From assembly GCA_964304625.1 (NCBI GenBank), contig OZ199838.1:13351945-13415944 (forward strand): 64,000 nt of DNA, written 5' to 3'. The DNA comes from Kudoa neothunni. Lineage: Eukaryota; Animalia; Cnidaria. The first letter of the stretch is position 1. Each line of letters opens with the position of its first letter. Positions 41,874 to 53,765 of this stretch are shown piece by piece. A program made the position numbers and the translations under genes. Below the pieces are notes generated by a model. The model was given only the letters and a program-made list of their open reading frames with translations. It searched no databases and was not told where the DNA came from.

Positions 41874-43008
41874 CTAATTGTTTATTTCTTCACTTCTCAG
41901 ACATGCTGAAAAATATGACTTAGAATGCCGAATATAGCTTTGACAGTTGGCTTCTGAGACAACTCTTTGGCTTAATTCAATACAGTTAAGCAGGTCTTCA
42001 TGAGTTTTTGGGGCCTGCCTTTTCACTTTGCACTTTAACTGATTGAAGACTTCCTCAATGGGGTTGAGAAAGGGGGAATAAGGCGGCAATAGGAGTAATT
42101 TGTTCCCGCTATTATTTATAATGCTCCTAACATTGTCTGTTTTATGGAAGGCCACATTATCCATGATGATCAAGTATTTTTTGTTTTCGGAAGCCAAATC
42201 ATGGAAAAGTTGGATTAGGAAGTCCCCAAAAACCGATTGGTTTACACCACCTCGATGTAGCTTAAAACCACATATTTTAGTGGTGCTCATCGCCGCAATT
42301 AGGGTAATATTTTGCGATCTGATGGTTTTCACTCTTAAGTTGGCTCTTGTTCCACAAAGAGATCTACCTTGGGATCGATGTGTTGCCAAAGAAAACCCAG
42401 ACTCGTCAATGAAAATCATATCGGTGTACGCTGGCTCAAGGTTTATATATTCGTTGACGTAACTAAATTATAATAATTTAGATAAGACAAAGGTTTGTTT
42501 ACTCAAATCTCAAGGAGATTCTTCGGGGGGAGTTTCTATCTGTTGGGACAAGAGAAACCTTCTTAAGAGTGTAATGAAACTCGTTAAGTGCTCTCTGGAT
42601 AGTTTGCCTTGATACTTTTAAATTGTATCGTTGGAAAACTTTATCGGCTAATTGGATGAGGGATAATGTGCAATTTTCATCAATCGCATGAAGAATGAAT
42701 TGTTTATGTTCTTCATTTAATAATGAGCGATGATCACCACCAGTTTCCTTTCGACAATAAGAACCAGTTTTATTATATTTTTTTATTATCCTACTAACTG
42801 TAGCCTCATGCACGCCTAGATCACTTGATATTTGTCGATTAGTCATGCCACTCTATGCCATTATTTCATTAACTATATTTTCGAATATTAATACCTTATG
42901 TCTTATTATAATATCCGCTCTGGTTGATGGAGGAGTTAGTTTATAGGATCTTATGTTTTTTGAACTATTCTCTGGGATATCTGACAAACACGAATCATCG
43001 CTGGACAT
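41874..43008 (-). CDS. Intact 350-aa DD34E transposase; exons 43008-42895, 42852-42503, 42462-41874
   Basis: GT-AG introns of 42 and 40 nt join three ORFs in frame (114+350+589 = 1053 nt). HTH RQISSDLGVHEATVSRII; IFIDESGF, IMDNVAFH, PPYSPFLNPIE, with 34 residues between the second D and the E. Confidence 0.9.
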
Positions 43009-43290
43009 AATGCTAAATTGCGCGTGCGGTTTGCAAAATTCTCGAAAATTCATCTATTAATCAACTGTCATATTACTTTTCAAATGGTTTAGCATGCAAT
43101 CGCAAATAAAAATAATAGTATGAATCTTAAATGAGTCTCATTAAACCCCTTAGAAGATTTTTCTTGTGTAAATTGATAGGAATACTGCCGAACGATTCTT
43201 CTAAGATTCAAAATAATTAAGGCTTAATTTATATAGTAACTATAATTTATTTAAAATAAATATATAAACCTTGAGCCAGCGTACACCGAT

Positions 43291-43836
43291 ATGATTTTCA
43301 TTGACGAGTCTGGGTTTTCTTTGGCAACACATCGATCCCAAGGTAGATCTCTTTGTGGAACAAGAGCCAACTTAAGAGTGAAAACCATCAGATCGCAAAA
43401 TATTACCCTAATTGCGGCGATGAGCACCACTAAAATATGTGGTTTTAAGCTACATCGAGGTGGTGTAAACCAATCGGTTTTTGGGGACTTCCTAATCCAA
43501 CTTTTCCATGATTTGGCTTCCGAAAACAAAAAATACTTGATCATCATGGATAATGTGGCCTTCCATAAAACAGACAATGTTAGGAGCATTATAAATAATA
43601 GCGGGAACAAATTACTCCTATTGCCGCCTTATTCCCCCTTTCTCAACCCCATTGAGGAAGTCTTCAATCAGTTAAAGTGCAAAGTGAAAAGGCAGGCCCC
43701 AAAAACTCATGAAGACCTGCTTAACTGTATTGAATTAAGCCAAAGAGTTGTCTCAGAAGCCAACTGTCAAAGCTATATTCGGCATTCTAAGTCATATTTT
43801 TCAGCATGTCTGAGAAGTGAAGAAATAAACAATTAG
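43291..43836 (+). CDS. Catalytic-domain-only duplicate ORF (181 aa) within the right arm; expression unknown
   Basis: Translation identical to 41874-42419; ATG 4 codons before the first catalytic Asp; no DNA-binding exons upstream. Confidence 0.5.
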   Translation: MIFIDESGFSLATHRSQGRSLCGTRANLRVKTIRSQNITLIAAMSTTKICGFKLHRGGVNQSVFGDFLIQLFHDLASENKKYLIIMDNVAFHKTDNVRSIINNSGNKLLLLPPYSPFLNPIEEVFNQLKCKVKRQAPKTHEDLLNCIELSQRVVSEANCQSYIRHSKSYFSACLRSEEINN

Positions 43837-45723
43837 ATTGTTCGTTTATTGTAAATTTAAAGCATTATCATAGTTTTTTGCGTCATTTTTAAGTGTGTTT
43901 GCATCTCGATTGAACATATTTGCATCTTGATCGTGAAATACTGTGTATGGGTGCGCGAGTATTTAGAATGAAGTTGTTATTTTGCGTTAAATTTAGTTTT
44001 GAAATTTTGTGATTTCATCTGATATGATCGTTTATCTTTATATTGATTTTTATTTTTTTAACGATGATGCAATTAGATACTATCACAGTTGAAGAAAATA
44101 ATACAATATTTTTATAAAAAACGGTTTTAAAAATGTTAATTTATAATTGTGACGTAAAAAACATGATAATTAAACCTAAAAAATGAAATTTGTTCCAATA
44201 TTTTATTTGCTTTTTAATACTTATCATTTATAATTATAGGCATTTTTCGTATTTAAAAACAATTTTAATTACAATATTGAAATTTTAAAATTTTTACAAT
44301 TAAACATGATTTTCTATAATTAATAATGGAAGATATTTACCATGGAATTTTTTAAACCGTTGTTTCCCGCATAATAACAATATAAATTTATACGTCATTT
44401 ATAATAAAAAAAACACGTGTGATAAATTTGTTTGAAAAATATTTAACATAATTATTTAACTTTTTCAAAATTACTCATTTTCATCATATTGACCGACAAA
44501 TCCACTTACAACACAATGTCTTTAGATAACTTTTCTCTTTATTTGTCTATAATTTAATTCGTTGACGAAAATCTTATTCTCAAAGATTTATTTTACTTTG
44601 AAAGTTACATAAAATTAAATATCATAGATTTCAGGAATATAAAATAAAATATTCCTTTGCAGAAGAGCATAACTACATGCCCTTGTGCAATTATAACAAA
44701 ATCTTTCGCCTCCTGTAAAAATTTTCATCTTTTTATATGGGAAGATTCGTTTAAACAGAAAAACTATCCATATAACCGTTAGGTTGCGCAGACATAAAAC
44801 AAAACTTAGTAATGTTTCGAGATTAATGTAGTGTATGATTATTTTCAAACATTTTATACGTGCCAATTATTTGTTTATTACATCATTTTAATATTTCATA
44901 TAAGATTTATTGAATGGGTTAATCCATCCGAACCATTACATACGTTTCTCGCAAATTTTAAAGATAGATATTTTAGTTTATTATTAATAAATAATTCTTG
45001 ATTTTAATTGATTCATTAAACCGAAATAAAGCAAAATTTAATTATTTTGTTATAATTGATTGTCGGTGGTCGGATTCCTCCAAGATTCTATCGGATCATG
45101 TACATTTGATTTATCATCAAGTTGATCACTGATATTAGGCTCGCAGGGATATATGTTATGTATAAAAGGAACAAATTTGTCTTTAGTAATTAAATCCACA
45201 GTTTTTCATATAAAATATTTAAATGCCATCCACATAGTTATCATTATCCATTTGTCGTAGTTACATTATTTACATTAAATATAATAAAAATACTTTCTAC
45301 ATCATTTTAAAAAAAATTTTAAATTTGATCAGCAATTAAAATTCCGCCTTAATGGGGAAATTTATACTATATTTCTATCATTATCTATTTTATGAAATAA
45401 AATAGAGTTGATTTAACCCCAAAACAATCTAATTATGAAAGTGTACAAAATTTTTTATTATTATGTTTTTTTATTTATGTACAATGACCACACATAGTTT
45501 AAAATCAACTAATCTACTCAGTTTTGAAGAACAACACGCAATCCTATAATGAAACCGATATAATAATAAATTTATTCACATGGATAAAATTTATAATTAT
45601 AAAATAATCCCAAATGTTTCCTTAATGACTTACAAGATATAACCTCACCCTATAAAACGATAAAATAATGACACAGCGCAAAGTGCGCAATATCCACCTA
45701 CGCAAAAACCGTTGTTGACTGCA

Positions 45724-46685
45724 GCTATGTTAGCGGCTCTGAGTGAGAAATATGGTTTATGATATTTCCTTAACTATCCCTGAAGAATTTTGGTGATGGC
45801 TAAATCAAGCTTGGAGGATAATAAAGTCGTTTTCAATATTGATCGAGGCGATTTTTTTATTATTTTATCACGATCCTAATACATTATTTTATCATTTCCG
45901 CAGTATATTTTCTAACGCGGGATTAAACAAACTACATGAGAGAGTTCCCACAACCAATGACTTATGTTATTAATTTAATGTAGCGCTGTAGAAAAACACA
46001 CTGTTTATGATGATAACAGATAAAATGCCGCTTAGATGGATTATCCATTGTTTATTATATTGCAATGTTAAATAACATATGCAAATCCGTCACAACTTAG
46101 GTGGTTACAGAAATTTTTTAATATCAAAGTTATGACTAAGGAGGCGAACAAACAATTTTTTTAATTGTTAAAAAGATCGATTGTGATGTGGAATTAAAAA
46201 GAATCAATAACTAATTTATATTGTATCACGTTTGGATGATCATTATATTTAATGACCAAGTTACGACTAGAGATTATTATCTATCGATATTTTGAGTGTT
46301 TGGTCTGTGCGTATTCTTAAAATGAAAACTTCGAGCTCCATGGGTGGCATATTGCACATAATTATTGGTTAGATTTATTAACTTTATTGTTGGAATAGAC
46401 CGGCGATTCCAACGAGGTCAATGAGTTCATGCGTGAACGATCTTTTTTGTGGACTTTTTCGTTATTAGAAAAAACAACTGTAACCAAATTTCTTAGATTC
46501 CGATATTTAGAATCTTCCAATAGTCTAAGGTGGGGATGGTAAGTTTGTGCTCGCTCGAAAGACTCCAAATTTGCATAAAGTACTAATGAACGAATGAGAA
46601 CGAAATTGCCATCCCTGGTAAATACGTACAGAATGATGGGTTGGAATTGAGCCGAATATTTATTTGAAGGATATTTCTGCATCAA
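45724..46685 (-). mobile_element. hAT transposase 3' relic, copy B
   Basis: Long direct similarity to 30851-31470 with two extra blocks; ORF 46362-46685 contains VFS..EKVHKKDRSRMNSLT. Confidence 0.6.
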
Positions 46686-47509
46686 TTTTCTAAAAGCCGT
46701 TCATATTTTCTAGTTCCACTTTTATAAGTCCAAGTAAATGTAAAAGATTACAAAAACTCCAAAATTGCATTAAATATTTGTCCTAGAGTATTTATTTTAT
46801 TGTTTCTTTCGTCGTAGAATTCTGATTTTTATTGTTTAGATAATCGATAAATTTAATATTTGAATGATTTTTTGAAGGCAGTGGCTATTTCCACGCTAGC
46901 GTATAATCCCATGTCGGGGCTATCTATTGTCACGAAAAAGAATTTCTTAATAACCACATAATATATATTTCTGTTTACATATTTTTACTGAGAACTTTTT
47001 TTACTATTAAAATCCTAATTTTCATATGAGAATTCATTCGTTTAATTTATGGCCTTTGCAGCGTATAACCGCGTAATTTTCACACACGTTCGATTTCACG
47101 CATTTTTTTAGAGCTGAGTTTTCTGATAATTTTGTTATTTTTTATTTTAATGACCAGAAACGCACAAAGAATTCGAACGTTAACAGAAAATATTTGAATA
47201 ATGGTTCAAATAATGATATCCATCAAGAGGTGTATTAGCATCGGGCGAAAATAGCAACTCAACAGTTTAGCTGAATGGAAATAATAGAGAACGTATTATT
47301 AATATGGGAGTTTACTACTATCGTACTAATTATAATAACGATGATTAATTAATGTTGGTAGACGTCAACACGCCCAGTTGTTTGGGTGTGATCATACGGA
47401 CTTTATCGTAATGGTGTCCTTGGGGATCATATCAAGGTGTACGACTGGATCTGTCACATAAGAAGCAAAAAGATCGAATTAAGCGCCGCGATTATTATAG
47501 ATAAAAAAA

Positions 47510-48400
47510 ATGAGTTTGCTAATCGTAAAAATTTGCCATCAACTGCGACGTGTGGATGGTTTCGTTGCTTTAAAAAGATATAATATTAAAAAAATTAATT
47601 ATCACGGTGAATCTGGCGACGTTGATCCTAAAACTACAGCAGAATGGATGTGTAAAATTGGAGCGCATTGTGATGGATATTCAGAGGATTGCATTTATAG
47701 CAATGATGAGACGGGTTTGCTATATCAACAACAGCGTGGTAAATACTTCTCAATTTATTTTGTAATGGTTCTTAAGGTGACAGTTATGTTCATCCATCCG
47801 AGAGCAATATGAGAAGGATTACAAAATCCAAAAAAAGTTGGACTGCTTTATTGGGAGCTTTGTTAAGTGGAGAAAAGTTAGATCCATTGGCAATCGGACT
47901 GAATAAAAACCACGTTGCTTCAGGAATATTAAGAAGTTACCACTTTTATTCGAATCAAACAAAAAGGCTTGAATGACTCGAGATACAATTCGAAAATTAA
48001 TGATGACTTTATTAAACATGACAAAAAGATTTTCTCAACGTAAAATTAATATTCTTACCCCAAAACACCACTAGCGTTTCGCAGCCACTAGATCAGGGCG
48101 TCATCCATTCCTTTAATCATGCCACAAAAAGTCGATGATAGAACGATTCATTTCTTGTGCTGAAATGGGAATAGAGCTAACTCCTCCAAACATTTTAGAA
48201 GCAATGGGATTAATTAAAACTGCCTGGGAGAACGTTTCTAAAAATACAATCACGAATTGTTTCATAAAAGCAGGATTTTCCTCGTTAAGATCTGCCTCAA
48301 CTCAGGATAATTTATTAGTCGAAAATGGTGAAAAAGTTGCTGATGATTTGATTGCGAATGAAATAACCGAAATGATAAATGAGGAGGAATCATACGTAAC
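47510..48400 (+). pseudogene. pogo/Tigger (CENP-B, DDE_1) transposase relic
   Basis: KRYNIKKINYHGESGDV, IYSNDETGL, NKKA*MT, LPQNTTSVSQPLDQGVI, AWENVSKNTITNCFIKAGF; stops and frameshifts. Confidence 0.85.
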
Positions 48401-50199
48401 TCTTAATTATAATAACTTTGACTTTTCCGACAAAAATGATCAAATACCAAACACGATTAAGATATTTGTTGATTTTATTTTGCCTGGTAAACTAATCTAC
48501 TGTGATCTGATGTATCCCAATTCTATTAAAATCCTCAACGTTTAGCTGTCAAGTTCAGTACACATTTTTTGATAATCATCTTAATTTCTAGTATCAAATC
48601 TTTTACTTCACGTGTAATGCTATATATTGAATGCAATGTCTCTCATTCAAAGATTTGAAAAACGTGGAATTCACACATAATTACTTTAACATTCAGAGAA
48701 TTGTTTTTCAAGACTTTCGAGAGTTTCAAATCTTTGTCGGTGATTACAAAAAGTACCTTCTCCTTTATCGATGACATAGTAGATATCAGTTCATTAATAT
48801 ACTAATTTAAAATGACTTTTTTTATAAATAATACATGCACTACTTGTATGACTTGTATGACTTGTTCCATGGAAAATCGTTAATTGTTAGGTATTGGGAA
48901 CACTGAAGAAAATTTAATGTAATTGAGAGTTTAAAAATGAATGAATTATGAATAATGGGTTTTTATCGTGATCCAAATAATTTTTAGGTTGTATCAATTC
49001 AGTGTAGTTATATCAAAAAGGAAAAAACCTTCTTCATTTCATCCTCTATAAATATTATTGCACAACGCTGATTCGCATCCCCAGTAGGAATTCTAACATC
49101 ACAGTCATGATCCCGATTTAAAATCTTATAAAAAAAGTTTATTTCATTACGCTTGGAGGATATATTCTCCGTATAATGTATGTATTTGAGTGTAATAATT
49201 TCACCCGTTTCTTATTGTATTTTAGACTGCAGCATTTTTTATTAGCAAACGTAGAAATTAATTTATTATTGCTGTCTAATTTACGTTGTGGCGTTACACT
49301 TGAAGAAAACACGATTTCTTCTATGGTTATGTTCTAGGTGTAAACATTTTATTTCAAGTTTTTTCCGTCGGAGCTGACTCCTATCTTAATATGAGCTTGA
49401 CAGGTACCTCAAAAAGTTTTATCTTCTCTTACACCACTTAATCTACAGTAATGGATCGGCCGTACGTAATCCCCTTGGGGATGAGGAAATTGTACGTACT
49501 ACCGGTCCCGGCCGGATAGTGATAATATGTACTTTTTTGCGCAAGTGCACAAAAAATATTGAAACACAAAACTAGCTTTAACTTAAATATTAATGAAAAG
49601 ACAATTGTTTATTTTTTGTTTAAAATTACGATTTAAAAATGAATAAACATCTGGAATAGAACCAGACATTAACTCCCACTTTTTGGAGCCATGATGTTTA
49701 AAATAGTTGCCAAGCCCTTCAAAATAAAATAAGGCCATCTCTGAATGGCTAAATTTTTGATTAATAAATCATCATCTGTTTCTGAATTATTGGGAAGGGA
49801 CCGTCATTGCGCCATTGTTATTTCTATGAATTAGAGAGGACATCATTATAAACCACACTACTTTGTATCTGCAACATGTGTCTATATTTATCCTTCATTT
49901 TTCAACTAGCTACCACATTGATGTAACTATAAAAACTTACTACAGTAATGTACCGATGTAACGCAGACATTGGAGAGATAAGAGCCATTGCATTGCATCT
50001 ATTTTGGCGCTGGGCACATTCGAATGGCGTATGCGTTTAGACAAAAATAACAATTTTCCATCGATAATAAATTAATTTGAAGAAAAAATTAACTCTTATA
50101 CTTTTTATCATTAAAACACCGTTCTATATTTTTGTTCTGAAAAAACTGTTCAAATATTAAGTCAGCTTTTTCAAGTTCGGTTGATATTGTCAAACATTG

Positions 50200-50900
50200 A
50201 CAAAATTTTATTTAGAAAGAGTTTTCTAACTTGTTCTAAATATTATAATTCCTTTTGTTTTGATATAATAACTTTATCAATATAATCAGAGTCGCCATCA
50301 TCCTTGTCAAGATCTGGTAAATCTGGTGTTGTCACAATTTCAGAGGTGTCGAATGTGTTGTATTCAAGAGTTTCTTCAATCAGCTCAATTATGTCATGTT
50401 TAAATTGATCATCATCAGGGCCATCGGAATCTTCGTTTAGTGGATTTTCAGAGGGGAAAAAAGATTTCCTAAAGTAGTTAACTATGGTTTCCGTTTTAAT
50501 ATATTATCATAATTTGATTGTCAAATGAATAACATCTAAGACATTAGTTACAATGTAGCCACTATCTTGAAATTTCGATGTGAGGTATGAGTGACGCCAT
50601 CAGATTTCTTTTGTGCATCATTTTAAAACCTTAGCAATTCCATTACCCAGCGTATAAAGCACACTGGTTGTGGTTGTGTTGGAAGAAAAGTAGCAGTGTT
50701 ACATTAGACAAATATTTTTGTTTGGGGCTACGAAATAGTCGAGAAATAATATAATTTTCTTCTCTTAGAAATAGTGGGTCAACCATTCTCTTTCTCAAGA
50801 AAAGACACAAAAATGGAACTGGTCATTCAGATCTTTTTGTTATCGTGCCATTTTATTGGTAAATTTTTCCATCACTTGGAACTTAGCACCTTTATTATAT
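50200..50900 (-). pseudogene. Second pogo/Tigger transposase relic
   Basis: LPIKWHDNKKI*MTSSIF, KKIILFLD, LSNVTL, TTSVL..LGNGI, IKTETIVNYFRKS; TA-cagtaatg TIR-like ends at 49446 and 49943. Confidence 0.7.
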
Positions 50901-51298
50901 GATATGAACTCGTAAAACCTTATAATTTCGAGTTTTTTGGTAGTGTAAAGTGGTTTTGTTTCGCTAAAATTGACGTTCTATCCATTATTTTTTGCAACGT
51001 TCAAACTAAGCGCTGCGCTCGAGCTATTTTTGCGTTAGACACATACACTACTGTTTTTTAGACTTTTAAGTCACCAATTTTTGTTAAAACCAGCATAAAG
51101 GCTGATTTTTATCGTAAAATCTATATAGTAAATTTTAACACGAAAATTTAAAATTTAATCGATAAAAATATGTTTAAGTAGTAACAAAAATTATAGGTTT
51201 TAGCGTTCTCAGAACTAGGAGAAATTCGTTTTCGTGGCAATAGACAGCCCCGACATGGGATTATACGCTAACATGGTAATAGCCACTGCCTTTTTTAA

Positions 51299-52300
51299 CC
51301 CTCTAACGATCATAAAAACGAGTTACCTACCTCCCGACGATTATTTGAGGTCAAATCGATCCCACATTTTTATCTTATCTTTCTTTACTAACAAATATTT
51401 TGTTTCGGTTTACGAACTGTGTTAGAAATCTATCGACAAAGTTCTGAGTAAATTCAAGTTTACTAACCCATTAATCTTCGGGGATACGTTAATGTATGGA
51501 CTCAGACAACTTCGCTACATATCGTTAATATTACATACTAAAGAAACGGCGGCTACATTGCGAAATGAGATTCATCTATAAAAACTAATTTAATGATGTT
51601 AATTATTACAATTTTAGTGAAATTTTATTTAAATTGAGACAAATATAGAAAGTAGTTTTACGATTTTGTGCGCTACTAAAATAACGCATTCGAATGTTTA
51701 GTCGTATCGTAAGACCATTTACGAAATATATTTTTCCTCTTCGTTTATTTTTTTCAATTTTGAAACATTTACTGCAACGTCTAGCTGAATGGTCATTGCG
51801 AAAATGGCGATTGCACAATCCACAAATAACAACAATCAAACATTGATTTTACTCTAAATGTCGTATAGATTGTTGAGCGTGTTCTTGACGTAGATTTTTT
51901 CGTAAGACTCTAAACTAACACACATTTGTTAATCAATGAAGTATCGTATATTCCCAGATCGTCGCCATCAGTTTCTCGAGAGACATCCTCATATTCACTC
52001 CCAGAAGACTCATCGTTATGAAATAAAAAATTAAACTCAGAATCCATAGACATTCTCCTGATGCTAAATTACTATTGATGGAAAAATATTTTTTATTAGC
52101 TAATGCAATAAATCGTCGAAAGTGTGCACGAGCGGTGTTCGACTAGGTTGCGTAAGGTTAGTTAAAGGATTAATTTTGATTTTCCTTAGAATTCTGTCGG
52201 TAAATTTTTTTAGTACCTCACATAACAAATTTAATGAAATTTATGTACAAAATAATGAAATAAAAAGATGGGGTTGAATCGACCCCAAATGATCGTTGGA
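51299..52300 (-). mobile_element. Probable internally deleted piggyBac
   Basis: TTAA|ccctctaacgatcat with inverted atgatcgtt at 52289. Minus-strand acidic N-terminal relic (MSMDSEF...ESSGSEYED) and Cys/His relic CGLCNRHFRNDH. Confidence 0.45.
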
Positions 52301-53155
52301 TAGTATCCTTTGAATTTTGCCTACATGAAAAAACATAAATTATCCGATTTTCCTCAGGTGCATAGAAGAATATATTTATAAAGGGTATCTTGAATTCAAG
52401 AGCATTAGAACTAAAGGAGAAAAAGTTATACGTTATTCAACTGTACTTTGGGGTCGATTAAATTTTTGTTACTTCAAATGGATAACGAAATAGGCATTTC
52501 TTTTTTTAATCTTATTTGCGTAACGATGCCTCAGATTTAAATTTTCTAGGTATCCTTATTTTTTTAATCGTTGGTTACGAAAATCAGTAAAAATTCATCA
52601 AAACTACTTGATAAAAAATGATAACACAAAATAATGATAGATAATTATCGAGGAAAATTCCACGTGATGAATGGTAATCAAAGCAAACAGTAAGACTTCA
52701 ATTTCAGAAGTTTTCGATGCTTATTTAATCATTATTACAATTATTGCTTTTAAAATATCCACTGAATTCTCTCACCGAACAAAGGCGACTTTTCTCAACG
52801 ATTTAAATAATAATCTCCTTGTATGGTCAAGTCCTTGTTAGTTGATTACAGGTGATTAGAATGATTCCATCTAATTTCTTAATCGAATAATTACTTAAAA
52901 TATTCCAAGTTGCATTTGATTACACGGTGATTACCAACAACTACAATTAATTAACTAATCCGTTAATCCAACCAACTACCCTAGTTTGGCAGAAAACTAA
53001 CAAAAGTAGTCTGTGCACTGCGGATGATTATCTACTAATTTATTTATTACTCGCAGGGTTTACGTATTTGGATTTAAAAGCTATAGTAACTCTAGAAATA
53101 ATCTTAGTGACTAAGCGATTAGCGATTTTTGGGTTGATTTTAAGCGAGTGCAGTT

Positions 53156-53765
53156 ATGACCAGAAGAATACTGGTACCAGTTGATGGTTCTAAAACCTGC
53201 CTCAACAGTTTCATTAGTAATTTAATTTGACTCAAGATGACTTGAAAAAACTTAATTTTTAGACTTTTTGAAAAATTACTATCAAGAAGGTGACTATTTT
53301 ATTATAGCTCACTTTTATGTGCCACCAAGTTTGCCAACATTTTCTCTCAAAAGTATCTCAACATTTAAACGACTTACCAAAATAAAATAATGTGTTTGTT
53401 TTAGACCCATTGACTCTACCTTGGGAAGAGTGGGGTAGAATAATGAAATCGACAACGGAACGAGTTATGAGTATTCTTTCGGATGCAGAAAATATCATAT
53501 TGGATAGAAGAGTAATTCAGTTGGTTTAACTCGGTGCGTACTTACGATTACTCATCCAAAATAGATTAAAGGGCATACCTATAGTCGGGTGGGTAGTGCA
53601 CAACAGGGAATAATCAATTATTGTAAAACTCAAGATGTGGACATGATAATTATGTCTGCTAAACAGCATTCGGCTTTGACCAAAATGTTAGTTGGTTCCA
53701 CCACCGAATACGTCATCCACAATTCACCTGTGCCAGTGATGGTGTATCCTGGGATGGGTGAATGA
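53156..53765 (+). CDS. Universal stress protein (USP domain), 4 coding exons
   Basis: MTRRILVPVDGSKTC, GDYFIIAHF, GSAQQGIINYCKTQDVDMIIMS, LVGSTTEYVIHNSPVPVMVYP. Absent from the ORF track because the exons are short. Confidence 0.9.

Larger units (their letters stand above)
41788..43943. mobile_element. Tc1/IS630-like DD34E transposon with giant inverted arms (41788-42451 and 43259-43943)
   Basis: Terminal cagtatttcacgatcaagatgcaaa at both ends; TA on the left flank, TG on the right. The arms encode identical 181-aa ORFs; the only difference noticed by eye is a 21-nt internal direct-repeat unit. Confidence 0.92.
46877..51290. mobile_element. MULE-like long-TIR element containing nested pogo relics
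   Basis: ggcagtggctatt...tagcgtataatcccatgtcggggct...gaatttct at 46877 is inverted at about 51220-51290. Flanks ttttttgaa / ttttttaac are a degenerate 9-bp TSD. Confidence 0.75.

Noticed and set aside
42100-42462. Antisense ORFs of 120 aa here and 119 aa at 43251-43610
   Set aside because: Shadows of the transposase reading frame; useful only as evidence of arm identity.
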